NCBI GenBank assembly: GCA_002269645.1
Contig: NIVC01001373.1
Span: 1-64,000 of the forward strand
Direction of reading: 5' to 3'
Source of the DNA: Macrostomum lignano
Lineage: Eukaryota
DNA: 64,000 bases
Part shown: positions 1 to 12,195 of the stretch, piece by piece
Numbering within the stretch: the first letter of the stretch is position 1
Layout: each line of letters starts with the position of its first letter
Notes under the pieces: generated by a model
Database searches by the model: none
What the model saw: only the letters and a program-made list of their open reading frames with translations
What the model was told of the DNA's origin: nothing
Program-made: the position numbers and the translations under genes

Positions 1-60
1 GGTCAAGCTGGGTCACACCTAATTTTTCAACGTGGGTCAACAATAAGTCACGGCCGAAGG

Positions 61-1673
61 TCACTCCAAGGTGAGCAGAGCTGATTGCAGTGAGCTGCAC
101 AACGCCGCCAGAGCGAGCAGCAGGCAGGCGGGGCAGCCACTCAACACAGCTGACCGGTTTGGTCGCCAAATGCCGTCGCTAAACAAACCCGAAGCTTCGC
201 CGTTGTCATAGCGACAATCGGCTTCATCTGACGAGATTAATGAAGTAGAATTGCTTCTCGAGTGCCGCTGCTATTGCTGCCTCTGTTGCTGTTAAAGCAG
301 TCGTCCAGTCCGTTGCAGCGGTGCGTGCTGTACACGCATTCCAGACTGCTGCCGCCGCCGCACCAGAAGCCACCGCGACTCTCGCAGAGGAAGGCCCGCT
401 CAGCGGCGGTGGACACGTCGGCTCTGAACTCTGCGTAGACGTGAACGGAGATTCGGGTCACGAAAGGCGAGGACGCTGGAGACGGTGGCGACGGCGAGAG
501 GGCCACGGAGGCTCCGTCGCTGCCTTTGCCGGGACGGTCCGGCGCAGTGCGGTGCCAGGTGAGGCTGGTGAATCTGCAGAGGCAGGGGGAGGCGCGATGG
601 AGGGTAGAATACAGAAAGACAATGCAGAAAGTATTTCAAGGTGACAGTTTGTTGGAGCTACTGAGTTTGACAAAGGATTTGTGTGAATGCTAATTAGGAT
701 TTATGTGAATGCTAAGCAGGATTTGTGTGAATGCTAAGCAGGATTTGTGTGAATGCTAAGCAGGATTTGCGTGAATGCCAAGTAGGATTTGCGTGAATAC
801 CAAGTAGGATTTGCGTGAATTCCAAGCAGGATTTGTGTGAATGCCAAGTAGGATTTGCGTGAATGCCAAGCAGGATTTGCGTGAATGCTAAGTAGGATTT
901 GCGTGAATGCCAAGCAGGATTTGCGTGAATGCCAAGCAGGATTTGTGTGAATTCTAAGTAGGATTTGCGTGAATGCCAAGCAGGATTTGCGTGAATGCCA
1001 AGCAGGATTTGTGTGAATGCCAAGCAGGATTTGCGTGAATGCCAAGCAGGATTTGCGTGAATGCCAAGCAGGATTTGTGTGAATGCCAAGCAGGATTTGT
1101 GTGAATGCCAAGTAGGATTTGCGTGAATGCCACGCAGGGTTTGCGTGAATGCCAAGTAGGATTTGTGTGAATGCTAAGTAGGATTTGTGTGAAGGCCAAA
1201 ACTTGCTTCAAAACTAGGATCAGGTATTGCCAGAACCAGCCTCACCTGTATCGCGGCCGGTACACAACCGGGTAGGCGTGCGATCGGCAGGTGAACTCTG
1301 CCAGCCGGTCGGGCGGGCTGCCAACTAGCGACTGTCCGAGCAGCGGGCTGGCCGAGGCCGAGGCCAGGACGAACCGGTGGCCGCAGGGCACGCCGGACAG
1401 GCGGAAGGCGAGTCGCCAAGCCAGGCGCCCGACGTCATCGCGCTGACAGCCGAGAGCCGCCCAGCTGTTGTTGCACAACAGGAAGGCGTCAAGCAGAGTC
1501 TCGTCCGGATTGGCGTCCGCTCCTAGGAGCAGACTCTGGTCCAAGCAGCGAAGCCGGCTGGCAGCGCCGCGGCAGCGGGGATGGCCGGCCGGGAGCAGGT
1601 AGAAATTCACCACCGCGGCAGACAATAGAAGCGGCAGTAGAAGCAATAAAAGCAGCAACAGACAGGGCGGCAT
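61..1673 (-). CDS. Secreted/GPI-type surface protein with divergent CUB-like region and one LDL-receptor class A module (~295 aa if the 53-nt GC-AG intron is real)
   Basis: Exon 1 1673-1246: signal peptide MPPCLLLLLLLLLPLLLSA, donor AG|GTGAG, phase 2. Exon 2 starts 573 after CTGCAG and continues in frame (R-FTSLTWH...CESRGGFWCGGGSSLECVYSTHRCNGLDDCFN, LDLa Cys spacing). The completing DEADC and a hydrophobic C-terminus (CPACLLLALAALCSSLQSALLTLE*, TGA 63-61) are in another frame, joined by a putative 280-228 intron or a 1-nt indel. The CUB-like call is inference from Cys/aromatic spacing. Confidence 0.7.
674..1193. repeat. 22-bp minisatellite (AAGCAGGATTTGCGTGAATGCC), ~23 copies, in intron 1 of the LDLa gene
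   Basis: Direct reading; 22-aa periodicity in the overlapping ORFs 712-1155 and 734-1111. Confidence 0.95.
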
Positions 1674-2908
1674 TCCGACGCTTCTGTTGACTTTGCTTAG
1701 TTATAAGCTGTCGGCATTGCTCAGTGCTCTGCTCACACTAAGCATATTGTATATATATGTCTCTGCAGGCATACAGTAAGCCAGGCTAACAACTATCTCG
1801 AATGTAGTGTTCCGTGTTTTTTGGCAGACGGAGCTTTTCACGCTGCTAAATAACAGGCTTGGGGAGGGGGGGCATTAGATTTGATGGCCACACAATGCCG
1901 AGTGATTTATACCCTACACCCAACATAAGCGAATGGGCCACTGCCTCTGCCCGGCCAATAGGGAGGCTGGTAGCCAGCCCCGGCTAACGGAATCCCAACT
2001 CCGCCTCTTCCTGTGTACTCGTAGAAGCGAAAATGGGAGGGGAAACTGCCGCAGCCTTTATTATTGCCGCTGGGAAACGGATGGCCGGGACGAAAACTGA
2101 TGAAGGGGTCAAAAAGAGGGAGAAGAGAGATGAGGCAGCCTGGCCAGAGGATCTGGGATCGGGAACAGACAGACATACGGAAAGTGATGGAGAAAATGGA
2201 GGCTGAGAGGCCGAGCCACCAATCACTCAGCCGAGGCGATGCGCACACAACAAGCGCGCAGACACAGCCTGGGCTAGGCCCGGAGGTCTCGGCATCACTC
2301 AATGGACAACTGGCACGCGGGCCCTGATAGCAGCAAGGGTATGCAATTGGGGGAACTGAAGCGGGAGGGGAGCAGCAGAGCCTTGCGGCCATTCCACTCT
2401 GGGGGATAGTTGCAGACTGCTAGCTTAGCAGACTGGTTAGTTGGCAAATGGCGACAGGGCGATGAACGGCGAGATAATAATAATAAACAAACCCGGCCCA
2501 AATTTATCAGCCAAGTTTATTCTTCATTATGTAGGCTGAGAGACTTTAGGTCGTGTCACAAGAGAGCAAGAAACCGGACACAAGAGCATCACAATTAATG
2601 CAATTTACTACTGAAGCAGTCAAGCAGGTGAAGTGGAGTTTGTCCAAACTCAAAATCACCAACTCAGAGTTCTGGAGACTTATTGACTATTGATTTTGCA
2701 TTGAATTGTACTCGACTGACCCGCCCTTTAGACGAATGTACTGCTCATTCCTTATTCCTTATATCACTGGTTTTTTTCGGTTGATTTCTTAAAGTATACG
2801 AGCCCTGAATATGTCATAGTGATAATAATAATAATCGCGACAGGAGCGATGTTTAGGACAGAGGCAGACAGTTGCGCGCTCATGGCACATGCACCGATCC
2901 TCATTGCG

Positions 2909-3352
2909 GCTTGTGGTACTATGGCCTGACTTCTTTGCACGCTTGTGGCAATATGGCCTGACTTCTTTGCACCGCTTGTGGCAATATGGCCTGACTTCTT
3001 TGCACGCTTGTGGCAATATGACCTGATTTCATTGCACGCTTGTGGCAATATGACCTGATTTCTTTCCACGCTTGTGGCAATATGGCCTGATTTCATTGCA
3101 CGCTTGTGGCAATATGGCCTGATTTCATTGCGCTTGTGGCAATATGGCCTGATTTCTTTCCACGCGTGGCAATATGGCCTGATTTCTTTGACGCTTGTGG
3201 CAATATGGCCTGATTTCTTTGACGCTTGTGGCAATATGGCCTGATTTCATTGCACGCTTGTGGCAATATGGCCTGATTCATTGCACGCTTGTGGCACTAT
3301 GGCCTGATTTCCTTGCGCGCTTGTGGCACTATGGCCTGATTTACTTGCGCGC
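2909..3352. repeat. ~32-bp minisatellite (CTTGTGGCAATATGGCCTGATTTCTTTGCACG), ~14 copies
   Basis: Direct reading; units vary by small indels. Confidence 0.92.
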
Positions 3353-5761
3353 TTCTGATTCTCCTTGAACTTAAATGTCTTCTCCTTCATCAAGGCTTAT
3401 AGACTCAAAGCGGCCCCACCTTATAGATATGTTTTCTGAGTCCAGACCGCCAGAGTTCTCTAGTTGAAAAAACTTTCCTTTACTGCTAAAGCAGAATAAG
3501 AAGACGAGAGAAATATGCAGACAGGAAGGAGTGCAGGAAGGAGCAAGCAATAAAATAGGGACTGTAGTCTAGGTCGAAATTCTATCGAATGCCGAGCTGG
3601 CTGCCACAGCCAAGGCACGTCAGGAAGTAGGGGGATCGAGATGAAGCAGACGCTACGAGTCGTGCCTGGAACTAGCCCAGCAGAGAAACCTGCGGGGAAT
3701 GAAAAAAGCGACAGGAAAGTGAAGGGGAGAGAAAGGGAAGGAGTTCGGAGAGGCTGGGTAAGAAGAGTTGCAGCATCATCAGTATTAGCCGCAAAAAAAC
3801 TTCAAGCTCGACTCCTCATCAATTTTAACCGAGACACAGGGACGACACGCCGAGGCATTGAGCTCAGGAGCAGAAGCAGCTGGGAGACGGGATTAGAGTC
3901 AGTCAGCTTTGGAGATCCCAGCATACTTTGATAATAATAAATGACGCATTGTAAAGCCGAGGGGATTCCAAGCCAAACAGCCGATTACCTAACAGCCGGA
4001 CGCAAGCACGGGCTGGCAGAATGGATCAGGATGGAGAGATGCCATCCAGATTATGCAAGAGAGGCATGAGGGAGACGCGAGTAAGTGGCCAGTGCATGAG
4101 ATCGTCACGCAGAGAGAGAGAGAGAGAGAGAGGGGGGGGGAGTGCATGTCGAGATACGGAATTTGAGCGGTGACTCATTTTTCAGTCTTCTTCTACTAAG
4201 TCTTGCTCGCCAGTTCTCTGTGACAGTCAAACGCGCAGTAAAGAAGAGAGAAAAAGTGAGATCTAACTCTAGAGAGCAGTTAGCTGAGCAGTCACGCGCC
4301 TACTAAACTCAACTAATAAACAGTCTCACTAGGCTCAACTTTTCCCTGTAGCACATAAAAAATATACTGCACAGGAAAGGAATTCACAGTACTGGAAAAA
4401 TTTGTATCGATAAATCGATGAGGCTACCCAGGAAAGAGTAGAGAAAGTAAAAGTGCTGCAGCACACAGTTTTACAATTTACTACTCTGGCTAAATTGATG
4501 AAAAACTCAAGGCAGAAGACAGAAACAGAGAGAGAGTGAGAACAGATATAAAAGTGCTTAAATGGACTGACGCTCGGCAGAAATTGGGATTTGGGAGAGG
4601 GGCGACAGCAGCTGCACCGCGGGGGGGGGACAGATGGGGTGGAGCCGACGATCGTATCAATAAAAAATTCAGCCAGGCACCGCTTGGGTGCCGGAGTACT
4701 TCTCCCTTTTCCAATCTTTCCAAGCCAGCAGCCTAAATAGAAGGCCTCCTGGCTGGAGAGGAAAGGCAAGCTCTTTAGCTGAGCGCAGACTCTCAAGTGG
4801 CGAGGCTCCATCTAGTTAACTAGCTGATAGAATGCGAAATGATATATAGCATAGAATTTTACTATGGAGGGAAGTTAGGGAAGTTATCGACAAATGAGCA
4901 GGACTGTATTCAGAAAATTTCATCACCGCAATGGAGAGAGCTAACAAAATGCAATCAAAGCTTCTAAGGTATAATTTATGCTTAATGGTAAATCCAAGCT
5001 AAAAATCCTGTTCAACATTGCATTGCATCCATACCATACCACATAAAACTAGGGTGGGACCTACAAGTAATAGGTAATAATAGCAAAATGCACATATTGC
5101 TACTGTAAGTAGAGTGGATTGAATTAATAGTTCACATTAACATGAAGTATTACTACTCTCCAGTACATTGATGCTTATAACCTACACATGAATGCAAATT
5201 AAAACTCTGATAGTTGATTGGTTGACAAAAATTAGCAAAATGTAGTAAAGTAACAAAAACTATAAAAAATGAATTAAAAACTCTATAGTAGTATATATAT
5301 ATATCCATTCTCATAAAAATCTCATTCCAAGTATTGCACTTTCTTATATACCCAAAAAGTTATTATAGACAATATAATTGCTTCCTATTATACTACAATA
5401 AATATATCATATAAAACTAAGCTCAGTATTGCTATAAACCATATTAAATTTAATATCATAAAATTAAATAAACCGAAATTCTAAAATAAGCTAACATTAA
5501 GTCTAGATATCTAACTTAAAGGTCAGCCTTTTATGGGTATGAATAGCATAGTCCATAGCCATTTTTTCATAACCCTAATTTACTATGTATATACATAAAA
5601 CAAACTAAGTAAGTCTAAGTAGTATCTACCTTATACATGCAACTAACCTTGCATCCTTGTCAATATAGCCAACATAAATTATGATAGATCAAGGATAGGA
5701 TAATTTGCAAAATAAGCAACTTTCTTGGCATTTTTGAAAATTAATTAAAGTTAATTATCAG

Positions 5762-6959
5762 CAATGTTGGGCACCAGTCCATTAATAAGCATTAATAAGC
5801 ATTAAGATTTTTATTAACATTAACAGACTGCCATTAAGATTTTTTTGAACTAATGGATTAACAAATTTGTGTTAATAATTTTGTGAGTTAATGACAAATA
5901 TATTGTTAACATTAATGGCAATGTCAATGACCAAAGACACGAAGAAAGAACAAAAATATAAGTCTGAAAAGAAAATACAACATTACAAATATATTAGAAT
6001 TTACCTAAATACCTAATTAATCTCTTTGTTTATGACAAATGATCATGCAAATGTAACAACTTCTTACTAAAGAACTTTAATAATGAAAATTTAAATTGTG
6101 AACTTTATTACTTGTGTGTGAGCATTGATTGCTTTGATTCATTTCTTTCCCAATCTTTTATAACTTTCTGCTATACCTGCTAATGCTATTGAAACAACCT
6201 TCTTATTTGTATCTTATTATTAACTAATTATGAAGTTGGTTGCTGAAATTTTTGAGGTTGCAAAATTTTGAGCATATGAAGTTTTGGGTTTGTGAAAATG
6301 GCTGCTAATATGGTTTTTAAGGTTGTGAATTTTGAGCTTATGAAATTTCAAGCTTATGAAAGTAACTGGTTTCGAGGTTGTGAAATTTTGAGCTTGTGAA
6401 AGCAACCCATGCAAATGTAACAACTTCTTACTAAAGAACTTTAATAATTAAAATTAAAATTTTGAACTTTATTGCTTATGTGTCAGCATTGATTACTTTG
6501 ATTTACTTATTTCCCAATCTTTTATAACTTTCTGCTGCACCTGCTAATGCTATTGAAACAACCCTCTTATTTGTATCTTATTATTAACTAATTAGATTTC
6601 AAGTTTCAAATAAATAAGTTACTTCTTTTATCCCATGCTTACTTTTAGTAGTATTATACACACAAGTTTTTAAAATGATTATTTATTACTTTTTAGCTTG
6701 TAAATTGCTTAGATAACATTTGTGTTTTGCTAAAAAATGGAAAAGCAAAGACAGTGCATTGAAGTCTGTTTTTTAAAAAGTGTAAGATTTCTATTTTTTG
6801 TATGTTAACTTTAATGGATTAATGCTTGTTTATGATTATCAATTAACATTGGGTTAACTTAACAAAATTAAAGTTTAAAAGTTAAGATTTTTCTGCTTTA
6901 ACACTAATGCTTTTGCCATTAACAGAAGTTAAGATTTTCATTAATGGTGCCCAACACTG
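5762..6959 (+). mobile_element. Non-autonomous hAT-type MITE, copy 1 (with internal duplication)
   Basis: TIR CAaTGTTGGGCACCA ... TGGTGCCCAACACTG; 8-bp TSD ATTATCAG/ATTATCAA (7/8); body colinear with 12388-13220. 8-bp TSD and CAG-type ends fit hAT. Confidence 0.85.
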
Positions 6960-8432
6960 ATTATCAATATAGTTATAGAGGATTTGCCTGTATAATATAT
7001 CTAAAAGTAGCACTTATTATCTTATATGCATAACTTTTTGGATTCTATTTAATCTATTCTAAAATTAAAAAACAATAATTTTAAATACCAAATTTATACA
7101 TTTTTTTCAAATTGAAAATCAAACCCAATTGGAAAGTGACCTATTTATGAATGGCCATCTAGCATGCCAGAGAGGCTGAAAGGTGGCATGTCAGAGGCTA
7201 AGGGGTGGCATGCCAGAAGGGTGGCACACTAGAGGGATAGTGTATACTTGAAGAGAGGCCTGCAGAAGTGGAAGCATATCAAAGAGTTAATAGGCTTATA
7301 CTGTCCTAATGTGTATATGAATGTGTGATGCTTGGTCCATATCTGCAAACTTTGAGAATTTATTCCAATAGGGAAATCAAAGTGATAACTTACTATATTT
7401 TAGTTTAAAGACAGAATTCTTTAAAGTCTTTTTACTAGTATTCCTTAATACTAGTTAGTTAGGTTCTATTAGTCAAAGGACACTTGTTCATGTTTTAAAA
7501 AATAGAATAGACAAGCTGTTGAAACCTGCGGATTTTGAACCCAGGGAATTATAATCCCCGGAACTATTTTTGCCTGTGTTCTAAAGTCTAAAGTCATACA
7601 CAAACAAAAACTTGTTAATAGTTAGAGGTTAATAGATTTGTCAATGAATGGAGGTAAATATAGAATAGAGTAAATTCGCATAAAATTAAGATTTAAGGCA
7701 AGCATTGATCTTGTTGGCTAGGTTAGCTGGCAGAATATCAGGCAATGTCTGTCTAAAATGTATTGAAAAACTCTGACCTCTGCCTCTGCCTCTCTACATC
7801 CCTTGGATCCTTCGAAACTTCTATCTTTGCTTCTGTTTCCTCTCTTCTCTATCGTCTTTTGTCTCTCTTGTCATCTCTTCTCTTCTTTTCACTCTCTTCT
7901 CTCCTCTTCTCTTGTCTCTTCCCTCTCCTCTCTCTTCTCTCTCCTTTTAATTGCTGGAAAAATAGAAAATTTACTTTCAAGTTTTCAATAACATATGTAG
8001 TGTACACAACACAGACTTAATAGTTCACAATCAGTTCAAGTATTAAAACAAAATCTAACCACACAACAAAATCATATTCATTAATGACAATAGTTAATAT
8101 AGTTGATAATTTGATATTAAAATAGATATATTGCATGTTGCTTTGTTTATTTGATCAATTTGATTATTAGATTAGGCCCTATTCCTTTTCATAATACATA
8201 TTTCATCAACAAATCGTGATTTGTGATTTGTAATTAGTAATTTATGGTTGAATAGATACAAATTTTGCATAGAAATAGTTTTTATTATTTATAATGTGCG
8301 ATATAACGATACAAAAATATAAAAAAAGAAGCAAAAAACCGGATTGAAACTGGACCAAAAAATGGGTTTTTGGTCCAAAAAACAGGAAACAGGCTAACCG
8401 AAATTGGCATTCCTATTCTCAATTGCCCCCCT

Positions 8433-8480
8433 CAGCCATAAGCTGGATTCTTTTCTGGCCTTTGAGGTAAAAGTCTGCCC
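8433..8480 (+). repeat. Dispersed repeat fragment shared with 28357-28412
   Basis: CAGCCAT(A/G)AGCTGGATTCT...CTGGCC(T/A)TTGAGGTAAAA occurs at both loci; family unknown. Confidence 0.5.
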
Positions 8481-9469
8481 ATTTCTGCTTGGAAAGCCAG
8501 TTTGTGGAACATAGCTTGTAGTACTCTCATGGCTGTTCTCATGCTTTGATCATGTCATCTTTCTTGCCAATTTGCAAGCACTGAAAATAATATGTGTATC
8601 TTCAGCTCCACTGCAGTCTGCATCAGTCTAACAACCAAGGAAATACACATTTCTTAGGAGGCCATTTAAATTTTTAAGTACCTTTAAGAGAAACCTTAAA
8701 TTTCCATGGTGTGACTAATTTAGTAGGGTTGTATTGCATTGCATTCCCTTTTCATAAATATTTCGCTTTTACAAACCATGCTGGATTACCTTGATTTCCC
8801 ATCCACTGTTAAACTGCTGCAGAGTTTGTTTATACAGAGCGGACAGAGGACAGTGGTTAGAATTTCTTACTAAACTGTTATAGATGGCTAAATGTAGCCT
8901 CTCCATGGGGGTGCAGAGAAGGCCATAAACAAAGCTATTCCAAAACACTGTACATTGCCATGTACATTCAGCCCTATTGCCTGACCCTTGGTCTGGCTCT
9001 GGGGGAATGAGTGAGTGGCACAAACAACAGAAAAAGCAGACAAAATTCACATGCTTACAGTTTCTGTTCTAAATGAGTTACAGAGTTGAAACTTTACATT
9101 TAGATAGAAAATGAGTCAATGAAGAATTGTGTCAAGTTTAAAGTCAATCACTTCACGTGAAGCAAACTTATGGCAGCTGAAAGTTAGTCAATTCTGAAAC
9201 CCCTTTTACACATCTGGGCCCAGATTGGGAAAGAGAGGCAGGCAGGCGGAGGTTGGGATGGCTGCCTCGCTGAAAAAAACAGCCTAACTTTAAAAGTGCA
9301 CAGCACCATTCAAGATTACCTTTGAGACTCGAAATTTTATATGATTGTGCCAAAATAGTTGAAGATTGTCTGTCAAATTTGAAGAGAATCTGTAGAAGTG
9401 GAGCAGCACTATGGAGGATAGTGAAAAAATTGTACATTTTAATAAGTTTTTTGTACTTTTAGGTAGGAA

Positions 9470-9645
9470 GACTTAAGTCTAGGAAATTTAAAGCCAAAAG
9501 TGGCCTAAGACATTCTCCATAGTAAGTTTAGGGTGGGTATAAAGTTTGGTGTAATTTGGTTGAGCAGTTTGGGAGTCCATAGCGATCAAAATTGTCCACA
9601 GACACACACACACACAGACAGAGTTTTGATTTTTATATGTAGAAA
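9470..9645 (-). mobile_element. Possible non-autonomous Helitron-like 5' end fragment
   Basis: Minus strand begins TCTACATATAAAA followed by a (TG)n/CTGT microsatellite, a layout resembling invertebrate non-autonomous Helitrons; no matching 3' end found. Confidence 0.3.
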
Positions 9646-11004
9646 TATCTACATTATTATATATCCAGGTTAATTTTAAGGTGATTATCTTAAGAGGCCA
9701 AGATAAAGACTAAGCACACTTGAACATAGGGACTATAGCCTTTTATATAGGACAAAAAATCTTTGAATATGACAAACTATACTTCTAGCAATTATATAGA
9801 TTTGGATAATAGCAATTGCTAACAAAATTAAAAGACTTCACTACCTAGTATGACCCCTAAAAGACTAAATTATTACAAACTAAATATACTAAATATATCT
9901 ATCTTGCATTTGCATAAACTATTTTTAGTACTAGTCTTTGCATGATTTTCATTTATACCTTATTTCTTTTTTATTAATATACATTTTTAGTTTATCCTAC
10001 TTCAATTACTTTTTGTATCTATGCTAACCTTTACTTCAAGTTAGCTTTTTTTCTTGCCACAACTTTTATAATTGTATATTTTAAAACTTAAATAATGACC
10101 TATCTTATTACAATATAAAGAATCCTTTAAATAGTTTCAAATACATATAAAACATTGCTTTTTTCATTATTTTAGCAAATTATATTAATTACATTATATT
10201 ATATTACTACTTATTATAAATATTTATTTTATACTTTTTCTAATTTATTATTTGTTACTAATAGTATAACGAATATTAACTTTGGTATTACTTCAATAAA
10301 CCTCAAAAAATAAGCCATGATTAGCCAAAAAGTAGCTTTGTTTAAGTTAACTGATATTATTATTTATGTACTAAGAAGAACCAAACTAGGTAATTTATAA
10401 ATGACAGTAAAACAAAGTCAAAGAAAGGATTCCAAATATGTAAAAGTGCTAAATACAAAATAAATAATAAATATTAAGAAATCAATATTTGAATTTTCTG
10501 TCATATGAATTGCAATCAAAACTACATTTAGCATTATTGATAGATTTATATTTATTTAACTAAGTCTTCATAGCATGCTTGCTGAGTGCAGCCTTAAATT
10601 TGTATATACAAGATATAGCAAATTCATATAATTAGATTGATTGGATTTTTGAAATTAGGAAACATGCCAAATTAACAAAATTGATATTACTTTTATTAGT
10701 GAATATTGAATAGTTTGTAAAATATTTATTATATTGGTTATAGGATTACTTTTATATTATCATTTTTGCATCATAAACTGGAGCACCAAAATGCTAAGCA
10801 CCAAAAAAGCATGGAAACCCTGATTAACTGGCTGACCCCTAGTCTGGTATGCTAGTGTAGTCTAACTCGGGAGGAAAAGGGGCATCCAAAATAGTTTAGA
10901 CCTTTGCTACAATAAAATTATAGTCAAATTATTAAAAACTTTATAACTTAACTGATATATTTATAAATACAATATTAATCAATATCCATACACATGTATA
11001 ATGT

Positions 11005-11301
11005 GGTAATGGCTAGAGTTCCGGCACCAGAACCCATTTTCTAACAGGTAGGGATCCGGCAGTGCCGTATAGAAGGATATAAAGACTATTAAGAGCATAT
11101 CTTAAGAAGTCTGAATATTAGAAGTATCTTGTCTCAAATCTTATCATATTGTCTTAAATTTTAATCTAGAACAAAATCTCAATATCAGCCACCAGTAGAA
11201 AGAAAAATATAATGTTCTATCTATATTATAATGGCACTGCCGGATCCGTAGCCATTAGGCATTAGAAAATGGGTTCTGGTGCCAGAACTCTAGCTATTGC
11301 C
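11005..11301. mobile_element. 297-bp MITE with ~65-bp TIRs and 9-bp TSD (Merlin- or MULE-like)
   Basis: Left GGTAATGGCTAGAGTTCCGGCACCAGAACCCATTTTCTAA...GGATCCGGCAGTGCC is mirrored at 11230-11301; TSD GTATAATGT/ATATAATGT (8/9); termini GGTAA/GGCAA fit the Merlin GGNRM consensus. Confidence 0.8.
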
Positions 11302-11989
11302 ATATAATGTACTATAGTGACATATGTAATTCTGTACAATTCAGATGAGTCTTACTATTAGATACATCAAAAAACAAAGAAGGATTGAAAGCAACATAAA
11401 TGGAAACTATAAAAATAGTTTTATTGAATTGCAGTTTTATATATTCATAATTATTCTTTTCTAATGAGTGACGCACCAAGCTGAAGGCTCTGTAAATGGT
11501 GAAGCTGAAGGCTCTTGTTCACACCACCATCTAAAACAAAACCAAAGTTGTGATTAGGTCAACAAACAAAATACATAAATCTACCACAGAATGTTTACAG
11601 CGAAATCAAATATTATGTAGATAATAAAATATGAGTTTTTAGAGAAATCCACAAAAACATATATACAGTAAAAGCTAGCTACAAAATAAAAAAGTTATAG
11701 TATTATTATACTATACTATTACTATCCAGTTATATATGACATAGAATAAGACAACAGATGCGTAATAGGCATAAATTCTGATTTAACACATAGAAATGTT
11801 AAAGAATTCACAAACCTTACCGTAGCTTTCCTATGTAATTCCCTGAAACTAGGCCATTTTAAAAATGTCAAGTATTTTCTTGACAAAAGAATTTGTGCTT
11901 TTATATTTTTAACAAATTCTAACATTACCACAAAAGCTTGACTAATGCCAAACAATAACTATATTAGGAATAGAAGTAAAATGAAATTT

Positions 11990-12170
11990 AAAACGTAAAT
12001 TAGCAACAAAATTATTATTAGTAACTACGATCCAGGAAGAAGAATATTTTTTAAATTACCATTACTACCTACGATCAGGTTCGAAGGGCGATTCACATTG
12101 TTGAACGTTTTCGCGTGGATTTTCCATACGTTCGAAAAACTACTGGCCAGTATTGTTTTTTTCCCAGGAA
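11990..12170. promoter_or_regulatory. CpG-retaining patch, probable (bidirectional) promoter of melanotransferrin
   Basis: Cluster of CG dinucleotides (ACGATC, TTCGAA, GGCGAT, TTCGCG, ACGTTCG) in otherwise CpG-poor DNA, just upstream of ATG 12196. Confidence 0.5.
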
Positions 12171-12195
12171 AAATCTAGCACAAAGGCTGCAGATA

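Larger units (their letters stand above)
8790..12062 (-). other. Candidate unannotated multi-exon transcription unit, head-to-head with melanotransferrin
   Basis: GT-AG-bounded segments with compatible phases: ATG|GTAATT (12062-12060); 11958-11821 (46 open codons, donor GTAAGG); 9389-9320 (followed by a 50-nt intron 9319-9270); 8998-8790 (69 open codons, donor GTAATC). No family recognised. Confidence 0.35.

Noticed and set aside
321-644. Plus-strand 107-aa ORF; likewise 17550-18068, 21646-21984, 32394-32834 and 44559-45056
   Set aside because: Antisense shadows of GC-rich real exons or of the LINE ORF.
3641-4811. ORFs 3641-3931 and 4335-4811 as a degenerate transposase or reverse transcriptase (e.g. 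LGCWLGK resembling CACTA-type motifs)
   Set aside because: The resemblance is one short motif, with no catalytic residues, TIRs or TSD identified.
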